This document shows positions 24,567-40,165 of a stretch of DNA of 64,000 bases, one piece after another. A program made the position numbers and the translations under genes. Every line of letters begins with the position of its first letter. The stretch's first letter is position 1. Source of the DNA: Octopus vulgaris (lineage: Eukaryota); assembly GCA_951406725.2 (NCBI GenBank), contig OX597819.1, positions 66,278,001 to 66,342,000 on the forward strand, written 5' to 3'. The notes beneath the pieces were generated by a model. The model did no database searches. It saw only the letters and a list, made by a program, of their open reading frames with translations, and was not told where the DNA came from.

Positions 24567-25345
24567 TGTATGTATGTATGTATGTATGTATGTATGTATG
24601 TATGTATGTGTCTGTGTGGGCGTTTATGTAATATATTAGACACTTGCAAAGCGATATATTTAAGAAATTCTGAGGTCGGTCCTAATGTAAGGTGCATAAA
24701 CCAGCTTGCTCCTTTAAAATGCATTTCAAACACTGATTTGAGCAAAATCTTCTGAAAAAATTTAACTGCTTTGGAACTGTTTTGAAATATGTTATATGAA
24801 CACTGTCTTTGTGTTCTGCGACCATATGCATATAAACATAATTAATTGGTTCAACATGCGATCTTCTTTTAAATGAGGTGGTAACATAGCTTTTTCAAAC
24901 TGATATTAATTACATATAATTCACTTAACAAAACATGTGGACAAAAATACTTTAAAGTATTTTGGCGCCCCTCTGAGGATGTTACGAATGGCCGTCGTTA
25001 AGAGTTGAATTTGAGCGAGATCTGAGATGCAAAAGTTGACATATTGGGGGAGGAAAATAGAGACGATGAGATCACATCGATTTTAGTACTTCACTAGTAC
25101 TTTGCTGTATCCAGCCTAGAAGGATGAAAGTGAATGATGAAGCATTCCGGAATTGAACTTAAGGAGGTGTATTTAAATAGCGGAAACTATTTTATAAGCC
25201 GCTTTATCGATTCTGTAAGTCCACGACACAATACTAATAATCAGGACACACGCACACACACAGAGCTGCACACGCTCTCACAAACACAGGCACACATACT
25301 CACACACAAGCATACATATACATATGCATTTATGCACACACAAAT

Positions 25346-25402
<57 letters not shown>

Positions 25403-25435
25403 TATACACATATATATACACATATATATACATAC

Positions 25436-25526
<91 letters not shown>

Positions 25527-25629
25527 TATATACATACATATATATATATATATATGGATGCATTAATGTATGTATATATGCGTGCACGCATGCACACAGG
25601 TACACCCACATATACAAACATACAAAACG

Positions 25630-25668
<39 letters not shown>

Positions 25669-25835
25669 CTGTGTGTGTGTGTGTATACTTTTATTTTTTT
25701 GCTTATTTGTATTACTTTTCTCAGTTTGGTGATTTGTGTACGCCCTCAAAATATTTTGTCTTCTTAGCTTTTGTATTTCAATATATTTCTCTGTCTTGTT
25801 CTATTTGTTTGAAATAACCATTTTTTTATTAATAA

Positions 25836-25965
25836 TGTTCTTCTTCTTCTTCTTCTTCTTAGTAGTAGTAGTGGTATTTGCGCTATTAGCAGCAGCAGCA
25901 GTAACGGTGGTGGTGGTACCAGAGTTCATAGTGTCATCGTTACTGCTAATACTATTGCTGTTGCG

Positions 25966-26001
<36 letters not shown>

Positions 26002-26018
26002 ATTATTTATCTTTACCG

Positions 26019-26091
<73 letters not shown>

Positions 26092-26120
26092 GCTACTACT
26101 ACTACTACTACTACTATTAT
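25836..26120. repeat. Compound trinucleotide microsatellite (TTC/TAG/CAG/TTA/CTA)
   Basis: Directly visible. Confidence 0.95.
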
Positions 26121-26566
26121 GGTTTTTATTGCTAGAAATAGTGGAAGAAGTCAAAGAATTTAAAATGATTGAAAAACGGAAGGAGAAAATAACAGAAATA
26201 AAATGAAATTGCATAAGAGGGAAGAATAAAAAAAAAAGAACCACAGAGGGAAAGAAAACGAGGGAGAGTGGAAGAAGAATAAGAAAAGGGAGAAGAATTA
26301 TTAGGACGAGAGAAAAAAGGAAAAAAAAACGCCGAGAAGAAGCAGGAGGATAAGAGAACGATGTTTTGGATGAAAGGACAAGAAGATGATGGCGACCAAA
26401 GGTTGGTGAAGGTGAGGTTGTGGCGAGGATTGTTGATAAATCTTTTGCCAGCTCTTGTGGAAAGATAACAAAACGAACAGAAAATGTTGTGTTCCTGGTT
26501 GACGTTGACGGGGCTGGCGGTAGTTTTGGTGTATGCGTATATGTATATCTCGTTGTAAGTAAGTCT

Positions 26567-26698
<132 letters not shown>

Positions 26699-27314
26699 CG
26701 TGTGTATGTGTGTGTCGGTATATGTGTTTATACATACATATACACGCCCGCAAGTAGACACGCAGCTGTATAAATTTAGAGAGAGCGTGTGTGTGTGAGT
26801 GAGTGAGAGAGAGAGAGAGAGAGAGAGAGAATGTGTTCTTTTGTGAATTAGAATATGTTAGCAGAAGCGACTTTGGGTATTGTTAAAGATGATTTTCGTT
26901 GGCTGACTGGTTGGCTGTTTGGTTGGTTGGATACATACAGCCGAGGTGATCTGTTGTGATGGTTATTGGCTCTTAGTGTTGTTATATTGGTGGCTGTTCT
27001 TTTGTTGGCTTTGTGTTGGCGTTTGTTATTGTCGTTGTCTTCATATAGTATTGGTGGTTCGCACTGTTTTGTCTTTTTGGCTATTGTGTCGGTGGCTGGA
27101 GATATGCGAATGGCAGAAAGAATGTTGAGCTATTTAAGTGGCTGTTGCTAAATTCCGAGTTGTGCTTCTTGCAATGTTTCTTGCTAAAATAATCGTTGCT
27201 GTAGTAGCAGTGCTGTTGATGTTCTACAAGTTGATATGTCTTACTAGAGTTGGAAGTTTACACCCCGAGGCTAAAATCCAATTTACAAGGGCTTGTTGTT
27301 ACGGCTGTCGTTAC

Positions 27315-27872
27315 TTAATACTAGACTGGACTTCGCCTTTCATCTTTTCGGAGTCGATAAATTAAGTACCAGTTGCGTACTGGGGTCGATCAAATCGACT
27401 GGGCCCCTTCGCCAATAATTTCAGGCTTTCTGCCTATAGTAGAAAGAATTATTTAATACCAGATTCGACTTCATTTTTCTTCCTTTCGGGGTCGATTAAT
27501 TAAGTACCAGTTGCGTACTGGGTTCGATCAAATCGACTGGGCCCCATCCCCAATAATTTCAGGCCTTGTGCCCATAGTAGAAAGGATAATTTAGTACCAG
27601 ATTCGACTTCGCCTTTTATCCTTTCGGGGTTGATAAATTAAGTACCAGTTGTGTACTGTGTCGGTCGACTAGGCCCCCTCGCCAATAATTTCAGGCCTTG
27701 TGCCTATAGTAGAAAGGATAATTTAGTACCAGATTCGACATCGTCTTCCTTCCTTTCGGGGTCGAGAAACTAGCTACCAGTTGCGTACTGGGGTCTATCA
27801 AATCGACTTACCCCTCCCCCAAAATTTCAGGCCTTGTGCCTATATTGAAAAGAATTACTTAATACCAGATTA
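27315..27872 (+). repeat. Tandem array of four 132-138 bp units derived from the 3' half of SINE family B
   Basis: Equivalent positions at about 27330, 27468, 27606 and 27738. Units contain cctttcggggtcgataaattaagtaccagttgcgtactgggg. Confidence 0.92.
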
Positions 27873-30294
27873 GTTGTTTTCGTGCAGATTTATGATCAAA
27901 TATGTTCCAAACGTGACGATTACTGCTGTGTGTATATCTAGATCTGCAAACAGATATGGTAATGCAAACACGGAAAATAGAACTCAAAACATGAGTGTAT
28001 GTATATTTTTCGCAAAAGCAACAGGGTGCCGCTTGAGCTAAGAATTTTGTACTTATCCAAACATCTGATGAGTAACAACGCATGAAACTCTAGGCCATTG
28101 TGCCACTCTGTTGCTTCTACTAAATGCTAATTTCAAATTTGCACGAACGCACACACACACACAAATTATCTGTGCTTATAGAGTAAATAAATATATTATA
28201 TTTAAAGTATTATTTAAATTCAGTTAGTTATATATTAGAATAGTATAGATTCAAGTTTCAAGAGTATAAATTCTAAGTCAATACACAACCAAATTCACAT
28301 TTTCATAAAATATAATTAATAATATCTTACGGATTTATCTCAATAAATATAACAGCATCAATTAATCGCTTTTATTCTCTTACATTTAATTAGCTGTTCA
28401 GCAAACAGAAATCGATAGAATATGTAGCAGACGTTTGTTAATAAAAAAATCTTTGGAGGGCGATTTATTCGGCTAAAGACTTTTGGAGGCGGTGTTCTAG
28501 CATGGTCACAGCCCAATGAGTGGAATAATCAGACGATAACAAACTAAAGATTAAAAAACAAACAAATAAAAAGCAAAAATGAAAATTAGTTTTCTAGACG
28601 CATTCCATCGATAAATAGCTTTTAATTCCATTTTCAGTTCACCACGAAATCCAAAACATTGAGAAACTAAACATTTTTTCAAAGCACTCAATTTATTTTA
28701 CTGAATTACCTTTGTGTAAGTATCACATCTATTTTTGTTTTATGCAGAATGATTACTGTTAGGCTTTTAATATAGTAACAATGTCCAGAGATGTTTTCTT
28801 CCTGGTCAGCTGTTATGGTTTACTGTGACATTTATTTTTCGTGTGCCCTGTGTTACATAATTTATCTTATACAGGCATGTATGTATGACCGTATGTATGC
28901 ATGTATGTATGTATGTATTTGTGTGTTCAGCTCGTGATCAGAGATGCACATATCATCAGCCACGAAAGGACATCCTGAAGTGGTTAAGGTCAAGCAAGTG
29001 ACAAGCAAATCTGCAGTGTTGAACGGAATGCTTGCTGAAGCCAATCTTGTACATCAAAGCAAAACATGCACATGTTAACATTTCCAATCTCTTAAGATTA
29101 GAAGCTTTGAAAATCTTTCATGCATGTATGTATGCATGTATATATGTCTGAATACACACATACAAACATTCATGCCACAGAACCTCTCAAAACTAGAGAC
29201 CTTCAATAATGTTTTATCTTGGCATACTAATATAACCATCGAAGACAACCGTGCAATACCATTATAGGTAATACAGACAACAGCACGATCATAACTCATG
29301 AAACCTTTGAACGTGTTCGATCTTACGAGAATAAAGAATAACTCAGATTGAAAAGACCACGACTCCTCTAATGCTACTGGTAACACGTTACCCAGCACAA
29401 CCTTGTCACATTGTCGCGTATCAGCAACTAAACCCACAGCCGCGTTAGGTTTGCTCGACAAAGAGGTAGTTTTCGTTGGACGCTAGGAAGACGAAAAGCA
29501 TTACCTGTGAAAGGGCGGATAAACTCGCATTAATCAACCGTTATTTAACAGTTGTGAATCTGATACTTCTAGTCTTTGTGTAGATATTGCTGTAAGAGAT
29601 TGAATAAAACCCTAATTAACAGCCGCAGCTTGAATTTTGGAGCAAAAGTCTCTGTTGAATCAACTGAAAGAACTGAGGACACAGCAATTCCTGGTATGAA
29701 CGATTAATAGATTTTTAACATATGAACCAAACAGAAGTGACCAAACTAAGTTAAAAACAAGGCTTATTTGCTCGGTAGGCATTTATGGTTTCTAAGCGTG
29801 GATTCTGAACAAATTTTAAGAGACCATAATCAATGCGTTCGAAATGTGGGCGTATAGCAGAATGTATGGATTTAAGGATATACAGCAGTTCTTTCTGGGC
29901 AAAAGGCTACGTTGTTGAGAGTTGGGTTGTGTATGTAAAAGGGTCCTTTTTTTTTTCATTAAACAAAAAATAACTACAGGCAGAGGCATCTCGCTTGGTT
30001 TTTTTAATATCTCTATTGACATCTCTGGTACCTGCAGCATGATATGACTGGCAGTTGTTGAAAAATGTAAAACATTCAATGAAGAATTTCATGACGAAAA
30101 AAATTTCATGTCAGAGTGTGTGATAAGCTCTCTGAAAACATATTGCAAAAGGCACCCATCATTGTCAAAACTGTGTAAAAGAGTGCATATCACATGTAGG
30201 ACAGGAAAGTCACATCCGTGTTGTTCCTCATTAAGAGAAAAATCAAGCCGAGGCACGAAATTGAGTTGCATCAGGATAGTACTCATTCTTTGCT

Positions 30295-30500
30295 TCGTTT
30301 GTTTGTTTCAGTCATTTGACTGTGGCCATGCTGGAGCACCGCCTTTTAGTCGAACAAATCGATTCCTGGACTTATTCTTTGAAAGTCTGGTACATGTTCT
30401 ATCGATATCTTTCACTAAACCGCTAATTTACGGGGATGTAAACACACTAACATCGGTTGAGGAGCAAACTCAGACACAAACACACAAATACACACACACA

Positions 30501-30544
<44 letters not shown>

Positions 30545-31160
30545 CGACTGGCTTCATTCAGTTTCCGTCTACGCATTCAACTCACAAGGCTTTGGTCGGC
30601 ACGAGGCTATAGAAGAAGACACATGCTCAAGGTGCCACGCAGTGGAAATGAAACTGGAACCATGTGGTTGGGAAGCGAGCTTCTTACCACACAGCCACCG
30701 CATATATACCTTTTACTTGCTTCAATCAGTGGACAGCGGTCATATCAGTATACTGCATTGAAGGGTTTAGGCGAACAAATCGTCCGCAGTAATTATTACA
30801 AATTCGGTGCTAATTCTATTGGTGAATTGTGCCGATCCGATACGTTACCGATTATATAGGTAAAACAAAATCGGGTGTGGAGTGTGAAGAGACAAACCAC
30901 AAAGACAGACATTCACACACCCTCAGACACACAGACATACACTCTCTCACGGACTCGAATGCACGCATGCACTATCCCCACGCACGTACACACGCGCGCG
31001 CACACACATACACGCGTACCCACTCGTATATATATATATGCGATACTCCTCCGTACAGTTTCTATCAAGCAAATTCCTTCACAGGCTATTAACAGCTCAG
31101 GTCTATATTAAAAGATAGTCAACTAAGCTGAACCCGAAACCATGTGGTTGCACATTGGTG
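30295..31160 (-). mobile_element. Two consecutive SINE family A copies (about 30295-30700; more decayed about 30710-31160)
   Basis: Tail gtttcagtcatttgactgtggccatgctggagcaccgcc and head motifs, repeated in degenerate form. Confidence 0.8.
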
Positions 31161-31193
31161 TCCTTAAAACGAACGTGTTATCTTTCTCCCTCT

Positions 31194-31274
<81 letters not shown>

Positions 31275-31275
31275 C

Positions 31276-31384
<109 letters not shown>

Positions 31385-31409
31385 GTCTGTCTGTCTGTCT
31401 GCCTCTCTG

Positions 31410-31486
<77 letters not shown>

Positions 31487-32650
31487 GTCTGTCTCTGTCT
31501 CTCTCTCTCAATCTATCTATCTGTGTGTGTATGTACATATTATATTACGACTCTTTTCCTTTATGTATACTCACACACTAGTTGATAGACAGACAGATTG
31601 ATAGATAGGTTGATAGATACATAGATATACAGATATCACACCAGTAGTAAGAGCATTTAATAGAAAATTTTGGTTACTTTTCAAACTGGTCATTGGTTCG
31701 GACTTCATTGACTCGACCATTCCTTGTTATCTCATGCAAACTTCTTTTTAATTAGTTGTAGTGTGAATAGGGACATAGGCAACATTGACACAATTCACAA
31801 TGGCCATAATATACTATACATATATCACTTTCATTGTTTCTTTCTAGTGGACAGCAAATGCGACGCCCTTGAGGATAGTAAGATTAATTTTAGTTTTACT
31901 TTCTTTCGCATCTCTTCCTGTAAACTGTCTTTTGTGCAAGGTTTTTGAGGTGTTGCCACTAATTCTTGCAATTTTATAGTCTCATGTTCGTCTGGAATAT
32001 TTCTGTTGTTCAGCCTGATGATTGGATGTGTTTGATGTCCGTTGATATTGATTGTAAGAAAGGAGAAGAAAAGATAATAAAAAAAGGAAGAAAACAGGAG
32101 CAGACTTTGTAGGTGCTATCTTTAATCTATTTGTATGGAACGAGATTTCTGTGCAGATGACGTAGGATTTTGGTATTTGCGCAGCTATCTGTCTCTTATC
32201 TTCTTTCAATGAGTATAACAAAAGTGATTAATAAGAAAAGATGATATACGATCAAAACACAATCCAAAATCTTCAAATTATATAAATCATACTTGTTAGT
32301 CACTGATCACACTTTTCGTTCTTTGTGTTTATCCAACTTCAACGCCTTATTGACACTGCAGTATCTGACTGATGCTAAAATACGCAGAAACACAACCGAC
32401 CTACGCACATCGACACACCAAAGAGAAGAGAAGCAGACAGATATAGATGATGTAGACATCGGTGTCTGCATGTAGTCGTCATACATGCATATACTTATAC
32501 AAACCTACATACATATACATGGGTATAATGTACACAAACGAAAGAAACTGACATCGGATTATAAAGTATCTACAAAAATATATGATATCCCATATATCTT
32601 ATACGTGTGTGTTATTTATTTCTCTACCTTTCTGTCTATATCTATATCTA

Positions 32651-32785
<135 letters not shown>

Positions 32786-32857
32786 ATATATTTATACGCA
32801 CACATACATATGTGTGTATGTGTGTGTATGTACATATGTATGTATACATGTGCATAT

Positions 32858-32914
<57 letters not shown>

Positions 32915-32998
32915 AGAGTTTACGAAAAAACAAAAGACGAAGACAGGTGGTGTACAAAACAAACATATGTATTAGTATAACGCTCAGGAATAGAATGT

Positions 32999-33034
32999 CT
33001 TTTACGTTTCGAGCCTACGCTCTTCTACAGAAAG
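32999..33034 (-). ncRNA. Hammerhead motif with one core substitution, in a PLE-like 3' remnant (about 32911-33060)
   Basis: Minus strand: CUUU CUGuAGA a GAGC guag GCUC GAAAC GUA AAAG. Same layout as 10301-10335. Confidence 0.65.
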
Positions 33035-33084
33035 GGACACAGAAAAAACAAGGACCTCTGAACATATATCGACATATATAAGTA

Positions 33085-33900
33085 TACGAGGTCTGATCAA
33101 TAAGTATCCAGACTGTTGCTATATCGACGAGGCTAAAGAACGCAGTGTGAAGTCGCTTCTCACAGATTGTCCTTAGACTCTGTTGTACTTGTGCTCTGAG
33201 TTTTAACATTCTAGCTCACTTCCGGTGTTTACAGTAGTGCTTGGAAGAAAGGTCCTTAGCGTGTGGTCGTCGCGGTGACCATGACAGAGGAAGTTGTCAT
33301 GGCGATACCTGCCCAGGGTCTTGCTCAAAGTTGCAGAGAGTGTATGGAGAGGAGTCTGTGAGCGGCACACGAGTGTACGAGTGGTTCAGACGTTTCCAAG
33401 ATGGCCGAAAAAATGTCGATATTGACGAACGTTTTGGTAGACCCGCAACCAGCAGAACTGAGAAAAACATCGCAGATGAGCGTGCAGCTCTGAGAGGAAA
33501 TGATTGAGTTACCATCCATGACTTATGAGAGGATGTGCAGATTATTTACGGTTCAGTTGAGATTAGTTACGGTTGAGTCCCCGTTTGCCAAGTTTATGTC
33601 AAAATTGCTTTCAGCTGACCAAGTAGACTCGGGTTTCAGTTACACAAAATCTCCTTGATTGCATCGAGAACGATGAAAACTTTTTATAACCTTTGCGTAG
33701 GCCTCTGGGCAGGTATCACCAAGCTTTTGGCAAGATTTGATGCAGATTCTACGCTCAACTTTCTCTGTCATTTTCAATGCGACGATCACAAGCAACACAC
33801 CTTTCTTGCAAGCACTGCTGTAAACAGCAGAAGTAAATTAGTACTTAAAAACTTAGTGGGCATGCACAGCAGAATTCAAGGACAATCTGTGCCAAGCGGC
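33085..33900 (+). mobile_element. Decayed mariner transposon (left TIR + HTH region); right boundary approximate
   Basis: tacgaggtctgatcaataagtatcc TIR; KLQRVYGEESVSGTRVYEWFRRFQDGRKNVDIDERFGRP. Confidence 0.85.
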
Positions 33901-34289
33901 ACAGGACTTACTCTTTGCAAGCCTGGTACTTATTCTATTGGTCTCTTTTGCCAACAGGGTCGACTACCACCACCACCACCACCACCACCACCGCCACCAC
34001 CACCGCCAACACCACCATCAATCACCACCGTCACCCAGCCCCATTCTCAAGCGTCAGGAAGACCAAGACTGCAATCCGCATTACGACCATCATTATTTTC
34101 ACCACTGTGACAATGACCAACACCACAGCCACCATTACCAATACCGTCATCAGCATCATCATCATTAGCGTCTTGAAAAACATTATCGTTTATGCAATTG
34201 CATTATTAAAAGTGAATTGAAAATAAACAATACGGTTTGATAATATAATTTTCCGGACTACTAACTTGTAATCTATTTAGAGTACATAA

Positions 34290-34870
34290 CTACCACCACA
34301 ATGATGACTATGATCGTCATCATCATCATCATCATCATCTTCATCATCATAACTACCTTCACCACCACTACCTTCAAGATCGCCACCACCATTAGGTTTA
34401 TCATCATCATCCTCATCACCATCGTCATCACCAACATCATCATTATCATCATCACCATCGTCGTCATCATGGTCGTCATCACCATCATCACCATCGTCAT
34501 CACCATTGTCATCATCATCATCACCACCGTCATCACCATCGTCATCATCATCACCATTGTCATCATCATCATCACCACCGTCATCACCATCGTCATCATC
34601 ATCACCATCGCCATCACCATCATTATCATCATTATCTTCATCATCCTCATCACCATCGTCATCATGGTCATCGTCACCATAATCATCATCATCATTATTA
34701 TCATCATCATCATCATTATCATCATTATCATTATTATCGCTTTAATCCTCGTCGGCATCGTCGTCGCTGTAATTGCAATTAGCGAAGTCCTCATCATCAC
34801 TATTGCCACCATTATCATTGTCATCATCTTCGTCATTATAATCCCCATATCATCATTGTCATCTTCATCC
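34290..34870. repeat. Degenerate (CAT/CAC)n tract
   Basis: Directly visible. Confidence 0.95.
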
Positions 34871-35096
34871 TCACAGTCAGGTATTTATATCTATTCTGCA
34901 CAAGTCATTTAGTCTACATTGTATGCTCAAATCGTACCAAGATAGACCATGCTCTTCAGTCTTCCGTGCAGAATAAAAGAAGTAGGAGACAAGAATCGGT
35001 GATCCCTTAACAAGCTACGATCCTCACTTCCCTAATAATTGAGTATTTGTGCAAATACTAAGTAATGTATCGATGTGTGATTAAGAAAATCGCTGT

Positions 35097-35350
35097 TAAG
35101 GCGGCGAGCTGGCACGCCGGGCGAAATGCTTTTCGTTATTTCGTCTGTCTTTACGTTCTGAGTTCTAATTCTGCCGAGGTCGACTTTGCTTTGCCTTTCA
35201 TTCTTTCGGGGTCGATAAATTAAGTACCTTCTATCAAATTCACACACAGGGCTTTAGTTGGCCCGAGGCTATAGCAGAAGGCACTTGCCCAAGGTACCTT
35301 TCAGTGAGACTGAACATGGAACACGTGGCTGGAATCAAGCCTTTTACCAC
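35097..35350. mobile_element. SINE family B 5' part (+, 35097-35230) abutting a family A head (-, 35230-35350)
   Basis: aggcggcgagctggca...gccgaggtcgactttgc...cggggtcgataaattaagtacc, then ggcccgaggctatagcagaaggcacttgccc. Confidence 0.8.
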
Positions 35351-35923
35351 AAATCCTAGACTGAGCTTCTTACCCGCGTCCCACGGCTATAGCCACGCCT
35401 GCGACTATAGCTACGAAATACACGGAGCTAGAACAAACTAGAACAGGCTGTGAAATGCTTCTTGCTTGCTTACTAATAATTGCTTGCCTACTAATAATTG
35501 CTTCATACTAATAATTGCTTTCATACTAATAATTTTCATGTCTTCGTTTCCACTTTTCTCGTATACTTTCACCTCGTACTCCATTCAATTCAAGCCCTAA
35601 CTCGACTTTCGATTTTGTTCGTTAATATAATCTAAACGCTCGCCCTGAAGTCAAACACAGAAACTTCGGTGTTTATTACAAATATCAGTTGTGGAGTTCA
35701 CAATCGTAGTAGCAGTGGTGAGAGCAATAGTGATTTTGGTGGCAGCAAGCTAACAACACGAACACCAACAATGCAAATAGAAGTATGGAGGAGGATACGT
35801 AATGAGTTTCTTTCTCCGTTTTAATTAAGTCAGAGATCGCTAGCCTAATTGAGCTTGTATTTATAGACGGAGTGTTAAATACAACCAATCAGCTCTTACT
35901 AGCTGGAGGTAAGAGTGTGTGTG

Positions 35924-35955
<32 letters not shown>

Positions 35956-35977
35956 AATGTATGTATATTTATATATA

Positions 35978-36012
<35 letters not shown>

Positions 36013-36213
36013 AATTACATTTACACACTCCATACGAGAGAAAGGTGGAGAGTGAAGGAATTATAAATATAAGGATTGAAAGACTTCTTGAGGGTGTCAA
36101 AGGGAAAATATATGTATATATGTGTGTGTATACACACAAACACACATATATATATATATATGTATATATGTATATATATATGTATATATATATTATATAT
36201 ATATGTATATATG

Positions 36214-36275
<62 letters not shown>

Positions 36276-36457
36276 TGTACATATATTTATATATATATAC
36301 ATATATGTATATATGTGTATATATACATGTATATATATATCTGTGTATATATGTTTGTATATATATATGTATATATATATATACATATATATACATGTAA
36401 ATATATATATATATATCTGTATATATTTACATGTATATATATATGTGAGTATATATA

Positions 36458-36493
<36 letters not shown>

Positions 36494-37165
36494 CATATAT
36501 GTGTGTATATATACATACATATATATATATATGTATATATATATATACATGTACATATACATGTATAAAGGCACAGAAAACCTTACAGAAACTTCCATTC
36601 AACCATCGATCTTTCCTACCATCTGTACGTATGTATGTGTGTATTTATGTATGTATGTATGTATGTATGTATGTATGTATGTATGTATGAACGTATGTAA
36701 GCACATATGTATGTATGTAGTATGTATGCATTAAAAAATCGATCTATGTATCTATAAATATATGTACCTGTATATGTATGCATGTAATATGTACGTGCGT
36801 ATGTATGCATATATGTATGAAATAACACACTACCTGCAAAATGGTGCTTTAAATGTGAAGCTACGGCTAAAATTCTAATATATATATATATACACAAATG
36901 TATGAGAGGGTGAGGGAGAGAGAGAGAATGAAAGAGAGAAAGAGATAGATAGACATACAGACAGGTAGATAGTTAGCTATATAGATAGATAGAGAGAGAG
37001 ATACGAATGCATGTATATATGTACGTATATATTTGTAGATATGATAACTATACATACATGCATACATATAAAAAACCCTGTTGATGTTGAAATTCCAATG
37101 AATAAGCTATGGATCTAGGTTAGAATTCAGCTCTTTGTGTATTGGCAAGTCGAATAATACATACA

Positions 37166-38088
37166 TATGGTGGTATCAATACGTTCCTGGCTTCTTTCTG
37201 TTGCGCGCAAACACATGACAGCACATGGTTGAGTGCAGAATGAGAGCTAGCATTGACCTTCAGGAGACAGAGTACCGATTGACATCGCTGCGTTTACTTC
37301 GCAAGTTGAGAAATTTGTGTTTTAGTGATCACGTATAGGCTGTAATCTGCGATTTTTGTTAGAAACAGGAAGTTAGAAGGAAGAGCCGGCGTGAAATTTT
37401 GTATTAGACATGGGAAGTCTACTACAGAGACATTGGGCAGCATGGTTCAGCAAGCTTACAGCGTCTACGCAATGGGTCGTATGCAATGTTTCGAGTGGCA
37501 TGGGTGCTTCAAATGCGTAAGATCGTCCCAAGAATTCGATGAGCGAACTGGAAGACTTGCCACAAGCGTCTTTCTCGGAAATGTGTAGAAAATGAATCAG
37601 ATTGCGCCTGAGGATCAACAGAGGACAATGAAGATGTTTTCAAATGCTTGAGGGAGGACTTTCAGCGAAAGCAAAAGTTTCTGTGAAGCGCGAAGTAATG
37701 GATTCTTCAGGACGAAAATGCACCTTGCCACGAAACTCTCACCACTCGTGAGTTTCTCATCAAGATCTGCATGGTGTCGCTTCTGCACCCGCCATATTCG
37801 CAAGATGTAGCACCCGAGGACTTCCATTCATTTTTCAACGTGAAAATAAAATTCAAAGTTCGCCGTTTTAACATCGATGTCGAAACCAAGAGAGAATCGG
37901 AGAAGATTATCGACTCACTTACGGAATACAATCTTCAATCCGGATTCCAAAAACGGTAGCAACGCTGTAAGTGGTGTAATGCTGCGCAAGGTGACTATTT
38001 TGAAGGGGATAATGTTAAAACTTAGGTAAATGAGTTATTCATGCCTTTGAGCGTAACTAGACCCGGAAATTTTTGATACTACCTGGTA
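37166..38088 (+). mobile_element. Internally deleted mariner transposon with both TIRs
   Basis: TIRs tatggtggtatcaatacgttcctgg and cccggaaatttttgatactacctggta. Fragments KFCIRHGKSTTET...FEW...DERTGR and LHPPYSQDVAPEDF (YSPDLAPxD motif). Confidence 0.9.
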
Positions 38089-38296
38089 CATACATACAGA
38101 CATACATACATACGCAAAACGCTAGGACGTCTGGGACATTGACTGAAAAGGAAAGCAGATGCGAATGTTCCTTGTATCGTGTTTTGTTCCCGTTTCCCGT
38201 TTGTACGTCTCCGTCATGTTTCCGTAGGTTTTGTTATTTCTGTTCCCCCCTGATTTATCTATATAGCGCACCGTACAATCCGTTGTTTACTTTTAC

Positions 38297-38351
<55 letters not shown>

Positions 38352-38370
38352 TGCGTGTCTATGTGTGTAC

Positions 38371-38415
<45 letters not shown>

Positions 38416-38681
38416 ATACGTACATGCATACATATCTATTTTGTAATTCAAGACCGGAAAATATACTTAATTTTCCCTGAAGATACCCGACAATATGTAG
38501 ATTTTGCATCTATAATATGGTTGGCCTAAAGGCAAAATTATAGACGCCACTAACGTGACAGAATCTGCTTGGTAGTTCTAGCATTGCTAGAAATAATCGT
38601 TTGAATATTTGATGAAACATGTGTAGGATATTTTCGGATACTTTTTGGGAGTTTTGTTGATCCGGTTTCTTTTATTCTTAA

Positions 38682-38752
<71 letters not shown>

Positions 38753-39204
38753 AATATATATAATGCACATATTTACTTGTAGTTACGATAGCTATATATT
38801 TTCATACATACATTAATACATACATACATATATACATAAAAACCTCCTAGTTTCTCTATCCGGATTACAAAATTACATTTATACCAATGTTATTACTTGG
38901 TTGTGTAAGTCACTCTGGATAAGCTTGGATTTTCGGGAAACGTAACCAACCAACCAACCAACCGATTCGCACATTGAACATAGAATCTGAAAGTGGAACT
39001 GTGGAAATACGTAAGACTTTTCTCAGGTTTAAAATGTGCCATACTTTCCTTTATATTTTTGTTAGAAAGTGACTTAAAAATAAACAAAACGGTTTAATAA
39101 TATAATTTCCCGGACTATTAACTTGTAATCTATTATTTAGAGTAGAACGTCATCATCGTCGTTGTCGTCGTCGTCATCATCATCATCATCATCATCACCA
39201 CCAC

Positions 39205-39261
<57 letters not shown>

Positions 39262-39317
39262 TCTTCAGAGGAAGAATTTAAATGATTAGATAATACATAA
39301 TACATATATACGTACAT

Positions 39318-39366
<49 letters not shown>

Positions 39367-39731
39367 CACGCACACACACACACACACACATATAGACATA
39401 CATACATATCAATCTTAAGAAATTAGGTTTCTCAAAAGCAGAAAGGAGAAAGTTAATTCGAAAGACTATAGATCTAATCTATCAGAATTATAAAAGTTTG
39501 TAAAACTTTCCAGGAGTTTATCATTTAAACATATATGAGCATGTCTAGATATGCAACTATATGCTTGAAAACACATGCATGAAACAAAACATGCAAATCT
39601 GTACATATACATACATACAAACAAAAATACCCCGTTGTTGATGTTGAAATTCCAATGAAGGAGCCTTGAATCTAGGTTAGAAACTGGCTCTTTCTCTGTT
39701 GACAAGAAATTCTGAAATAAAACTGAATAAC

Positions 39732-39790
<59 letters not shown>

Positions 39791-39977
39791 ATCTCTGAAC
39801 GAGGTATAGGCAGTAACTGCACGACAATGTGAAGTATCTAAATATGGCTAAATATAGTGTTACTGTAGTTTGTAGCCCCAGGAGAACATCTTCTCCAGCT
39901 GCCTTTGACACAATTTCTGTGCCCTATCGGTATTTGCAAAGGGAGGTCATCCTTCCCTCGTCAATCTAAGTGATACT

Positions 39978-40018
39978 CACGGACTGCAGTTTCTGGGCAT
40001 TGACCCTTCATCAGCGCA
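39978..40018 (-). ncRNA. Minimal type I hammerhead ribozyme in a microsatellite-flanked element (about 39790-40090)
   Basis: Minus strand: UGCG CUGAUGA aGGG ucaaug CCCa GAA ACUGCAGU C CGUG. Intact core, palindromic stem III, GUC triplet. Confidence 0.7.
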
Positions 40019-40109
40019 CGACAATCACCGGTTTTCGATGGAAGGGTCCCAATGCAAATACATATATCCTTTTTCCAGTGACTTTTCGTCACACACACAC
40101 ACACATATA

Positions 40110-40165
<56 letters not shown>

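Noticed and set aside
27315-27872. CRISPR-like array
   Set aside because: Whole units repeat with no unique spacers; SINE-derived, eukaryotic context.
29100-30290. Possible decayed hAT-like transposase on the minus strand (similar impression at 23100-23600 and 41000-42560)
   Set aside because: No unambiguous motif or TIR could be read by eye; needs a translated search.
35460-35537. Four copies of a 17-18 bp unit (tactaataattgctt)
   Set aside because: Ordinary short minisatellite with no further structure.
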